Source: Lophium mytilinum
Taxonomy: Eukaryota
Assembly: GCA_010093605.1 (NCBI GenBank)
Contig: MU004187.1
Span: 62,001 to 126,000 of the forward strand
DNA length: 64,000 nt
Direction of reading: 5' to 3'
The position numbers were made by a program, and so were the translations under genes. The notes beneath the pieces were generated by a model. The model was not told the DNA's origin, ran no database searches, and worked only from the letters and a program-made list of their open reading frames with translations. Shown one piece after another: positions 1-10,417 of the stretch (position 1 is its first letter; each line of letters starts with the position of its first letter).

Positions 1-1753
1 GTGGTGAGAAGCTCCTTGATTCGATCACGCAGGCGCGGGAAGTCGGGGTTGTGTTTCGCGTAGTACTTGTCTAGCGGCGTCGTGTACTTGCTGTAGCTCA
101 TGGACGTATTGACTGACGGGAAATGCTTTCTTTGGGCGAGCTTCTTGTCCAAGCCCCAGAAGACCTGTACAATACCTAGTGTGCTGCTAGTAACCGGATC
201 CGAGAAATCACCACCGGGAGGGCTGACGGCACCAACGATGCTAACACTGCCCTTCCGATCGGGGCTTCCAAGTGCTGTGACTCTGCCAGCACGCTCGTAG
301 AAGGACGCCAACTTGGCACCGAGGTAGGCGGGGAAACCTTGATCAGCAGGCATTTCTCCGAGACGACCAGAAATCTCTCGAAGCGCCTCAGCCCATCGCG
401 AAGACGAGTCAGCCATCATGGCAACATCCTTACCCTGGTCACGGAAGTATTCAGCAACGGTGATACCGGTGTAGATGGAAGCCTCACGGGCAGCTACGGG
501 CATGTTGGATGTGTTGGCAATAAGCGTAGTCCGCTTCATGATGGGTTCTTTTCGGCCGTCGATATCGATAGAAAGCTAGAACGTGATTAGAACTGCATGA
601 TAGCGAGAAATTTTGACCTTACCTCAGGGAAATCCATCAACACTTCAGCCATCTCGTTACCTCGCTCTCCGCAACCAACGTAGACAATGATGTCCGAGTT
701 GGAGAACTTGGACAAACTCTGACTAATGACCGTCTTGCCGCAGCCAAAAGCACCAGGGATACACACTGTACCGCCCTGAACGCTGGGGAAAAGGGCATCG
801 AGAACTCGTTGGCCGACGACGAGGGGAGAGTCAGAGGACAGCTTCTCGGCCGTAGGGCGAGGCACACGGACAGGCCAGTTGTGCATCATGCTATATTCTG
901 TCTTGACGCCATTGAACTCGAGCTCCAGAATCTTCGTGTCCACAGTGTAGCTACCCTTGTCCGCAAGGCGGGTGATCGTTCCCTTGGCTCGGGGAGGTAG
1001 GAGGATTTTGTGGTCGTTGAGGAGGCTGTTTTCCCAGACACTACCAAAGACATCACCACCAGTGATATGGTCTCCAACCTTGTATTTGCCAGGAGTGAAA
1101 TCCCACTTCTTCTCGCGGTCGAGCGACGGGATGTCGATACCTCGGGGAATATAGATGCTATTCGACTTGTCGGCGATGCTCTTGAGAGGACGTTGAATTC
1201 CGTCATAAATCGTTTCCATCAGACCAGGGCCAAGTTCGACGGATAGAGGCTTTCCGGATCGAGTAACGGGGTCACCAACAGTGACACCGGCTAGGATTCC
1301 AAGTCAGTTCATAGATCTATAGATGCGTGCGGTGAGGTCGTACCAGTCTCTTCGTAAACCTGGATCGTGGCTTTGTCCGCCTCAATTCGAATCACTTCTC
1401 CGACAAGATTGTCATGACCAACTCGAACCTGCTATGTTTTAGTACTGAGATAGTCCCTCATAGAGATGCTGCAACATACGAGCTCGTACATAGCACAACC
1501 AATCATGTCCTCGGCGACAATGACGGGGCTAGACGCTATCAGCAACCAACTCGACCCTTCTCAGGATATACGTACCCAGACACTGAGAACACCTTGCCTA
1601 TGAAGCTATTAGCTAGTGATTACCAGGATGTATCAATCGTATATACCGGTGTTCTCGTCATCAGCCGCATCCTTCTTACTCTGCACCCCGCCAAGTCAGC
1701 TATCATGCCCTCAAATTCAATCTTCTCGCCGGACTGAAGCTTACCGGAGCCAT
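1..1753 (-). CDS. VMA1: V-type ATPase catalytic subunit A (multi-exon; 3' end runs off the window start)
   Basis: Spliced reading [38 protein letters not shown]..., P-loop GAFGCGKT and [15 protein letters not shown]; several short GT..AG introns, first donor at 1744. Confidence 0.97.
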
Positions 1754-2481
1754 GGTGGGAGGTGTTAGAGCTTCCGGCGATGGGGGAGCTCCGACTACAA
1801 TGTTGGGAGGTGGGAGCAGTGGCGAGGGAGGAAGAGGTATTTCGAGGACCAGCTCTTCGGGCTGGGGAACTGCTACTGTGTGCGGGGCGGGACTGTGGGC
1901 GTTGCTCTTGCGAACAAGGTCGAGAAAGGAGGGTCGAACTTTCAGTCGCGGGCGCAGACCGAGCATACACAGCTCGAAGGGAGTACTTGGGGTGGAGGAG
2001 GGAGTGAGTGCAGGTGGTGATGCAGCTCGCCGTTGGTGCCGATTGCACGACGTCGTTGCTTTTAGTCAAAGCTCCACGACCAGGATCATGCAAAACGACG
2101 GGACATCCTGCACTTTGGTCCTCGTAAAGCTTTAAATCATCAAATCAAATCATCATCGGGATTTATCTATGCGATTTCTCTCATAAAACGATTCATCTAT
2201 GAGAGTACTCAGGTGGCATGTCACGTGATTAAAACATTCACAACCAGTTCAGAGTACCCCCAGTGACTGAGGGTCTATCTGTCCAGATTCAGTAACACTC
2301 ATATCATTTTATGAAACAAAGGAACACGGTCACGGAGATATAAAGAGGTAGATCGAGGGCATTAACATTAATCGTATAGGAGTAACCCAAACTTTTCCTT
2401 GATCCAGACCACAAGCTCGTAAATGACTCTCGAGATCTGGACACCCCAAAAGCAAACTATCCAATCGGTGAAGAAGAGTGA

Positions 2482-3783
2482 CTAGGTCTTGCGCTTCTTC
2501 GAAGGAGGCGAATCGTGCTTGCCCTTGCCTACAAGACCTCGGATATCAATTTCGTCGTCGCTGTCGTCATCCAAGTCTTCGATCTCGAGATCTGAGAGCT
2601 CCTCGTCGTCCGCCTCGTGAGCTGACTCTGCCCAATTTGTTAGATAATGGGGCCGTGTGCAGACAGGGGTTTCGCAAGTAATACTTACTGAAGTACTTGA
2701 TAGCGCCCGGCCAGAGCTCCTCAGCCAAAATGGTTGCCAGTTCTTCGCCAGCCGGGAACACCTCAGTGTCCTCCTCGCCATCTTCGTTGTCATCTTCGGG
2801 TTCCTCAACCGGCTTGCCCTGCTTCCGTGCTTCGCGCTGCGCCTGCTCGTCTTTCTTGGCTTGGATGGATTCGGCAGCAGAGACGTATTTGTAGGACGAG
2901 ATGAAGCCAAACCAGGCGAAAAACGAGAGGCTAGACTCTTCGGCAAGCTCGATCTTCTGCTTCAATGCCTGGTACTCTGGAAGGCTAGCTGCATCCACTT
3001 TCTTGGCTCCATTTGTCTGGCCACTAGCAAGCTTCTGCTTTGCCTCCCAAAGTCGCACCGCCGCGTCCGTCAATCCAGTAGTCAGGTCCTTGCCCTTCTT
3101 CCAATGTATTCTGACCGGCTCGGATACCAGGCCTTCCCATCGCGAGGTTTTGGAGTGGCGGTACCAGAACTTCTTCTCGAGGATCTTGTCCGTAAAGTTG
3201 TCGTTCTCTGCGAAGGTAAAGCGGACGCTGAAGCTGCGCGGCGAGCCGGTCGGGTCATCGATCTCGAAGCGCGAGACGGAGAATTCATTGAGCGCGTCGG
3301 CGAAGAGCTTGCTGTCCGATGGCTGGATATGCTGATCCAGCTCTGGTGGGCACTGCTCGAAGACTAGAGGCCAGAAGTGGGGAATCTTTGCCGCGACGGC
3401 AGCGCGTTTCGTGTAGAGGGGCTCGGTGAGGGCTGTGGTCTTGCGGACTGTGGTCGCATTAGCTCATTTTCAATCCTAGAAAGAGAAGCGGAAGCTTTCG
3501 CAAGGAGGAGAGTAGGCTCAGAGGAATTGAGAAGATGTATTGCTGATGTTGAAACCAGGTGCTCCCTCGGTCCAGACTTTCCATGCAATCTCAAGGTTGC
3601 ATGTAGAGAATGGGAAAGCGTCTTCTGGCCCCAGCGTTGCTCATCACGGTATGCCGAGTTTGTGAGAGTGAAGAGAAAGCAATACGTACGGATCTCGAGC
3701 TCGGCATCGTCGAACTCGTCCTCGAGAACCGTCAGGTCCTCGAAGCGGGCCAAAAGGGCTTCGGCGTCAACACCGACTTCCAT
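2482..3783 (-). CDS. NAP-family histone chaperone (Vps75/SET-like), multi-exon
   Basis: Spliced frame contains KIPHFWPLVF, RFTFAENDNFTDKILEKKFWY, SEPVRIHWKKGKDLT, ELATILAEELWPGAIKYF, an acidic tail and C-terminal PPSKKRKT NLS. Confidence 0.85.
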
Positions 3784-3991
3784 TGTGCTAGCTGTAAGTT
3801 TAGGTGTAGTGGATGATTGAATGGTATCAAAGGATATAGAAAAGAGTTTGGGAGTGGAAAACTGTGGTAGAAGTAGAAAATACGTTGGGAACCCACATTT
3901 TTTGGGTGCAGGGATGCAGCTTCCCCGGCTTGGCGTTCCCCGCCGAGCTTATAGGGCTGAGCCATGCATCCTTCCATTCACCCCGCTCCTG

Positions 3992-4309
3992 ATTCACGCC
4001 CCTCAATCCATGACATCTCGTTTCCAAGATCTTGAATGGGCGTGTGAGACCTCAAGGTGATACGTTTACTGGCAATATTATGGCGATACACGGTCTAATT
4101 CACGCCCCTCAATCCATGACATCTCGTTCCCAAGATCTTGAAAGGGCGTGAGAGACCTCAAGGTGCTACGTTTAATGGCAATATAATGGCGATACACGGT
4201 CTAATTCACACCCTTTAATCCATGACATCTTGTTCCCAGGATCTTGAAAAGGCGTGAGAGACCTCAAGGTAATACGTGCACTGGAAATATTATGGCGATA
4301 CACGGTCTA
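3992..4309. repeat. Tandem repeat, 3 x 106-bp units (degenerate copies continue to ~4515)
   Basis: Units start ATTCAC at 3992, 4098 and 4204 and end GGCGATACACGGTCTA; degenerate unit starts at 4310 and ~4449. Confidence 0.95.
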
Positions 4310-4724
4310 ATCCACATGCTCCGATTCTTTACATTCTATCTCGAGAATCCTACCAGGGCGTAGGGTTCCTCAAAGGCGTGCACTCCCTTCCAAAACTACA
4401 CTCCGCGCGCCCTAATTCGCGCTCTTACATTTACTCTTTGGAGATCTAATTCACGCTCTCTATTCCTTGACATCTCGTTTTCAAATTCTTAAAACGGTGT
4501 GGGGGTCCACAAGGCTACGCGTACCCACCCAAAACCATTGCTCAACTATGCGATTTAGCACGCGTCCCAAAAACATCACTACGATTGGTGGTCGCGCAAG
4601 TAGCTCTGGAATCAGGGTCTCATTTCAGTCGTTTTGACTACTGTTGTACAAATCGGGGGTGCTTCCGTCACGTCGTCCTCCCCTCCAAAACTCCTCTCAC
4701 CGGGCTCCGATTTCAACTCGAATT

Positions 4725-5754
4725 CTAGTGTCCGTTCCCATGCCCTCCATATTGGCCCCCCTGGCCCCACACCCTGCCCGACGTCACCCGCTTGCAGAAG
4801 TCCTCCGACCAGCCATAGTAGGTGGCAAAGCTGGTGCGATCCCCCTCCAATCTCTGGCCCATTTCGTCGACGTCCCACACCCCACGGTCCAAATCTCCCC
4901 CCTTTCCGTCCCGGTTTTCACTCCCCAAAAGCTTGTCGACGGCAATCTTGAGGGCCTCGCTGGCTTGTCCAAGCTGGAAGGAAATCGGCCTGATCTGCGC
5001 CGTGTTGACCGGTCCATTTGGATTCAGGTCAAGAATTGGCACCATCAGGCCAGCCGGCTGGTCGTGCCAAGCCACGCCTGTGAAGCCGTGCTGGGTCGGT
5101 GCTGCGAGTGGTCGGTCGTCGATGATGTCCTGGAGCGTGCGGATCAGACCGGCGGGGTAGTATTCTTGCGCCTGCCACAAACTCAGGAGGTCTGAAAGCT
5201 TCTGTTGTGATGTTGGATGACCCTTCATGACCCCCCCGGCACAGCTCCTCACAATCACCTCAACCGGGTCCTTCAGGCCATCGCGCAAGGCTGTGAATAG
5301 CGACCAGTTCTGCTGGTTGAACCTGGCGTAGTGAAGTAAGTCGTTGATAAGGTAGAGGATGTGCATGCGTCGTCGTGGAATCGGGCATCTGCTGTTGAGG
5401 GCCTGGACGTCCAGACAGGTCCTGGACATGTACTTGAGGTAGGTTGCGATAGCGTCGATGTAGAGGGCGGACGCGCCGACTACAGCCAGGATCCAGGCAC
5501 GGCATTGCTGTTCACACACATTGCATGTTAGTTCAGGGTCAGAGTGTAAGTTGGGCTGAGCAGTGATATTTGCAAACCTGGATGTGCGTGGGCGAGCATT
5601 CATAGACGACAGCGTCGGTCAGCTTGATGAACGAGTCAAAGTCGGGTCGGTGGTCTGTGGGATCGCGATCTTTCATTAGCCTCCTCTCTAGTTGATCCTT
5701 CTGCACCTTGGCGAGGGCCTTGGCAACAGCGGAGTTAGCGTTGGTTGTCTGCAT
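4725..5754 (-). CDS. CID (RNA Pol II CTD-interacting)-like domain protein, 2 exons
   Basis: ATG 5754 and intron 5577-5508 keep the frame; RRMHILYLINDLLHY and KLSDLLSLWQ are CID-type helices; WHDQPAG and YYGWSEDFC in the C-terminal part. Confidence 0.7.
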
Positions 5755-6388
5755 GGCGGCGGTAGTGGCGACGACACTGGCAACGAGACGGGCGACTTCG
5801 ACGTGGAGGAGGAGAGGAACGACGCGACGCGGCCGCGGTTTTGTAGTTTGCCGGATCAACCTTTCGCCTAGCGCCCCGCAATAATCCGGTCCGAGCTTGA
5901 ACTCCGACGGTCACGTGAGATTCCCCTTCGCGGGAACATTGAAGTGAGCGAGACACGAAGCTGATGAAAGTTATAGGGTTAAAGACAGAGTGGAAGGGGA
6001 CTAACATATTATACTGCCGGAATGATGGACCCGTACACACTTACCAAAAGTAGCAGTTCAATGATCCAAAGGATCTATTACTAGCGATCTCAAACCGAGG
6101 AGACGCGTGCTGCTGAGGACATATCCATATTTCTAGATACCTAAGCCCTGAGCCGGCATCTCAGGAGCCGAGTTCAGACTGGACACCACTGACAGCCATA
6201 ATTACGCTTCATTGGTTTGTTCGCATACTGCGAGAATTGTTTAAGAGGGAGGATTGCTAACGATTACCCATGGATTTCATGATATGCGTAGAATACGAGA
6301 GATGAGTCGAACAGATGCAGAGGGGGTATATAGAAACACATTTCAAAACAGGCAAGATCCCTAGACCTACGGCTTTCACACCTTAAGA

Positions 6389-7354
6389 TCACCCCTTTCC
6401 GTCTTCTTGCCCCTTCTCATTTATAGCGCCCATGCAAAGCCCAGCAGCAGACCCTACACACCACGCCCGAGGAAACGCCATCCCCCACTTTCCCATTAGC
6501 CTTCTCAACTGCTCCTCGGTGCCAGGAACCACGTTCACAAACACCCTTCCTTGTGCTCCCTCATCGCCGCTGCAGTTCGGCTCTGAATGCACCGCCCCCT
6601 CCCCCGCACCAAGTCTGAACCAACAGCATTCTCCCGGAGCCGGACTCACGACCTCAAAGTTCAAGGAATCGAAGGTCGAGGCGAGAGACTGGCGCACCGA
6701 GTCAGCGGCTGTCGCGCAGCCGAGACAACGGGTGCTAGTACATGGATGGGCATATTTGGAAGAGGCGGTAGATTTGGCAGTGGACTGGACATATAGAGCG
6801 TTGGAGTTCGTTTTGGGAGAGAGGAAGAGAGTCGAAGGTCCCAGGAGGGTAGCACAGAGTTTCCAGGTACCAGTAGCTAGCGTTTTGGGTGCGTCTGAGG
6901 GTGTTATAGAGCTAGACTTGCGATGGTGCACGTTGGCCTTGCCAAAAAGCTTCCATCTGGGCTTTGACGGTGCGGTATCGGTAGGTTCTGGAGACACTGG
7001 AGATTCGAAGAAGAGGTCGTCTGTGTGCCATCGTGGTACATCGTACTCATTCGTGGGAAGCGTGGCGCGGACGGTTATCCAGTAGTCCCCTAAGCCAGCT
7101 TTCTTCAAGAAGTCGTTCACGTAGGCTAGGAATGGAAGGAGGGAGGGTAGGAGGGCAGAACCGGGCTCGAAAGTCGCATTAGTCCAGGCAGCGAAGGAGG
7201 ATGGGAGAGATGAAGGCGCGAGCGGGAGGAGAGGGCCGCAGTATGTCCAAGTGGACGAGTTTAGGACTCGGAGAGAGGGGTGTGGGGGTGCGGACGAAGT
7301 GTAGGGCAAGAACGCGCAGGGGGAGGGGAGGGTAGAGTGGTCAGGAGGGTCCAT
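6389..7354 (-). CDS. Uncharacterised protein, probable 2OG/Fe(II)-oxygenase-like (DUF1826-like)
   Basis: Long ORF from ATG 7354 with motifs PRWHTD, KLCATLLGPSTLF, GAVHSEP and RVFVNVVPG. Confidence 0.6.
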   Translation of the reverse strand: MDPPDHSTLPSPCAFLPYTSSAPPHPSLRVLNSSTWTYCGPLLPLAPSSLPSSFAAWTNATFEPGSALLPSLLPFLAYVNDFLKKAGLGDYWITVRATLPTNEYDVPRWHTDDLFFESPVSPEPTDTAPSKPRWKLFGKANVHHRKSSSITPSDAPKTLATGTWKLCATLLGPSTLFLSPKTNSNALYVQSTAKSTASSKYAHPCTSTRCLGCATAADSVRQSLASTFDSLNFEVVSPAPGECCWFRLGAGEGAVHSEPNCSGDEGAQGRVFVNVVPGTEEQLRRLMGKWGMAFPRAWCVGSAAGLCMGAINEKGQEDGKG

Positions 7355-7617
7355 GGCGGAGGAGTGGGAAGAGCGAGGCCTGAGGAGGCGCAAAAAGCTT
7401 GCTTCATGAGAAATCCATCGTGGGTGGTGTGAAGGATTGGAGTGTCCGGGAAACCACTCATGCACATGTCTACCTAATCTCCGCGATGCTTGGCTGTATT
7501 CTAGCAACCCTGCCAGGTATTTAGGTGCGAGAATCACACCAACATCACCTATCCCAATAATTCCTATTCGACCCTCTTTTGCCAGATCTGCCCCAAGAGA
7601 CTGTCATTGTTCCCTAG

Positions 7618-7800
7618 TCCACTTTTTATGGGCAGGCGCCACTGCACGCGGCTGTCTTCCAAGGCCACAAGGAGATAGTGAGACTACTTCTTGAGCGGGT
7701 GGACATCGAGCTTGAGCTCCGGGATCAATATAGCAACACCCCGTTGTCTTTGGCCTGGAAGCTGGGACGTATGGAGCTAGTTGAGCTGTTGGAATCAAAT
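7618..7800 (+). pseudogene. Orphan two-repeat ankyrin fragment
   Basis: Frame reads GQAPLHAAVFQGHKEIVRLLLERVDIELELRDQYSNTPLSLAWKLGRMELVELLES; in-frame TAG at 7615-7617 and no ATG before the repeats. Confidence 0.7.
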
Positions 7801-8658
7801 CCCAGAGTGCACAACGAGCCACTTTCCGACACGTCCAATTCTGGACGTGATAACTACAATAGTACGCTAGCTTCGTGCTGTCCTGGGCGCCCTCACCATC
7901 TACCTCATCTTCCAGCACTGATGAGGAGGGCCTTAGACTACGACGTCTAAGAAGATGATACTACCCGAGATTGACACAGTATAAAGACGAGTATGCGAGC
8001 TTAGATAGTGGCCATTTTGGTCACGAATTGGTCGTCAGGTTTGATACGGACTGTTGCAAAGAGATATTACCACTCGAGCCAATGGATCTGCGAAAGATGC
8101 ACTAAGAGAGGTTGCCAGAAGCACTACTTCGTAGAAGGACAGAGAGATTGCCGATGGAGACAATACATCTTGCATAAAGGAAAGGTCTATGGAGAGGTTG
8201 CGAGTCTGGTGTTTATGCTTAACTCTGTGTTCCATTAGCGTCCAGCCACAATGTAATTGGGAAAGAAGCTAATGGAGAACTGGATGATGCCTCGAGCTGT
8301 CCCTGGCTGTCCTCTCCTATGCATCGCTAGTGGTTACAAAATAGCCGGTGCGATAGTACACTACAAAGTAATTAGCTCACGCGCCCATGGCGTGTCCAGT
8401 CGTGCCATGGATCACCAACCTCACAGCTGCACCCCCTCACCCCCTCACTTTGCCAGGTCTAGTCAGCGTCATTGCGCATGCCACACGTAACGTGAGCGTC
8501 GCCTGAGGGCATGACCTCTGCGGCATAGTCCCGTGCAAGCTGCCCTCTTTCACGCACCCCGCTCTTATAAAGCCATCACCACCACCCTAACCTTTGTCTC
8601 ATCAACCACTAACATCAATTACTACTGATCTATCTACCATCAGCTTCTAACCGCCACA

Positions 8659-9375
8659 ATGAGTGCGAGCACCCCAGCCTCCGCCTCCCTCACCCTCCTC
8701 CCGCACCCTGTCAATTCGACCGTGCACACTGTCGGCCAGCTTCTTGCAAGCAAAGAGCACATCGACACAAACTCCCTCGCCGACCGCCACTTCGACGACA
8801 CCTTCTTCGTCCCCTTCTACAGAGACATTCTCACCCTTAAGCCCGATGAGACACTCAATTCCTCCCTCGGCGGTATCCGCCTCCTGTCCGCTCGCGAAGC
8901 CAGCGGCTCCCTCGTCCAACTCAATGCCGAGAAGATGGAAGTGCGTGGCCTGAAAGATCCGCAGGGAGCACTAGACCTTGTCGCCAAGTCTCCGAGTGCG
9001 CAGTCATGGCTGAAGCTGCGGCTCGCGGAGGGCAAGGAGGTGGTGTTTGTTACCAAGGTCCAGAGTGTGAGAAACGCCAATTGGCGACGGTGCAGTGTCG
9101 TGGATGTGGGCAATGGGATGGTGAGGGTTAGGGAGGAGAGGAGGGCGAGCAGGGCAGACGAAGAGGCTGTGGACCTTGGTGAGGGAGGTCTCTTGAAGAA
9201 GGTGGACAGCGAGACGGGAGAGGAGCTGGCTGTCGCGAGTCCGACGGGAAGCAAGAATGATGTGCTGGCATTGGAAGTCAGAAAGGTGGTGTTGGAGGAG
9301 GGAGATGGCGGTGATGTGCAGTGCGAGCTCGGAGAGGCGCTGGGACAGGAAGAGGCTGCCGCCTTCTTGAAATGA
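8659..9375 (+). CDS. Hypothetical 238-aa protein, possibly gasdermin-like
   Basis: Intronless ORF with good start context (CACAATG) and TATAAA ~95 bp upstream; motif order resembles fungal gasdermin cores (see findings). Confidence 0.7.
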   Translation: MSASTPASASLTLLPHPVNSTVHTVGQLLASKEHIDTNSLADRHFDDTFFVPFYRDILTLKPDETLNSSLGGIRLLSAREASGSLVQLNAEKMEVRGLKDPQGALDLVAKSPSAQSWLKLRLAEGKEVVFVTKVQSVRNANWRRCSVVDVGNGMVRVREERRASRADEEAVDLGEGGLLKKVDSETGEELAVASPTGSKNDVLALEVRKVVLEEGDGGDVQCELGEALGQEEAAAFLK

Positions 9376-10417
9376 AAGTATACTATAAAGTAGTGGAAGC
9401 TGGTGCTATCGCTGTGGTTCTTCTCTGGCGTTCGGGACTGCAAAAGCTTCCACTTCACGGGCAATCAGGGGAGTTTTGATGGGATGAATGAGATCGAATT
9501 GTGTTTCCGGAGTTCAAGGAGGAAGGTTCAGAGACCAAACAACCTAATCTCAAAATCAAAATATCCACTCCATGGAGCTTTATCAGGATTACTTTGCGAT
9601 CGTCGCTATCAATCATACAGACCGTGAGCAGATGACCATGTTGAATTATATTATATGTATCTCTGGAGCATGGTCCAATGGGGTTGAGAATGGCTGATCT
9701 AGTCTGCCGTACTAAATACGGCCAACCATACACGCATACATACACAAAATAGACTTCCCTGCCTCACATCCACGACATCTCTCCAACGACATCTCATCGC
9801 TCATTCCACACTCATCTCCTCAAACCCCGTGAACATATCTCCGTTGTAATGTTTTGCTTTCTCTGATATACAGTCTCCCACGGGCGGGGCAATCCTCGAG
9901 CTGACCGGACTAACTACCCCAGCCCGTCACTCCTGCATTGCCACGTTTGATTGCATAGGTACTGCATGCATATGCACCCTGACAGCGCGGGTCTTCCCGG
10001 TTCACGACTTCATCCACTCATGCTAAATAATAATGGGCAAACCATACCGGTGGGATTAGACTAGTATGCATAGATAGTGCAGTAGTGAGCGTTCGCCCTC
10101 TCTTGTCGGGTCCAACCTCCATGAAAATGATTCGACTGGAAGCGTCCCGGCGCTTAGCTCCAGCTCCTTCGCACTCTGAATATTGCTTTATACCTGGTGG
10201 CTTGCTTGAGAGCTGCGAGAAGAACGACGTGGACGGCGCAGCAGTTCAGCAAAGGTTCGAGGACGACCCAGATTGGGCGGAATAGCGATGCTAAGGGAAC
10301 CGGACGAGTCATTTGACACTTTTCGCTGTGATGATGGTATATATAGGTCCAAGGGGCTTTCCATTGATCAATCTACCAGTCGCCAGAGCTCCGGGTTCAT
10401 CCTACCCGCGCTTCGCA

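Noticed and set aside
655..700. VMA1 intein (VDE) at the canonical insertion site
   Set aside because: The sequence reads uninterrupted [12 protein letters not shown]; there is no insertion.
2657..3367. Long antisense ORFs here and over other genes (e.g. 6432-7085, 8817-9464, 56141-56701)
   Set aside because: Shadow frames of GC-rich coding genes on the opposite strand with no motifs of their own.
3992..4309. CRISPR-like array
   Set aside because: Whole 106-bp units repeat with no unique spacers, no cas genes are present, and the context is eukaryotic.
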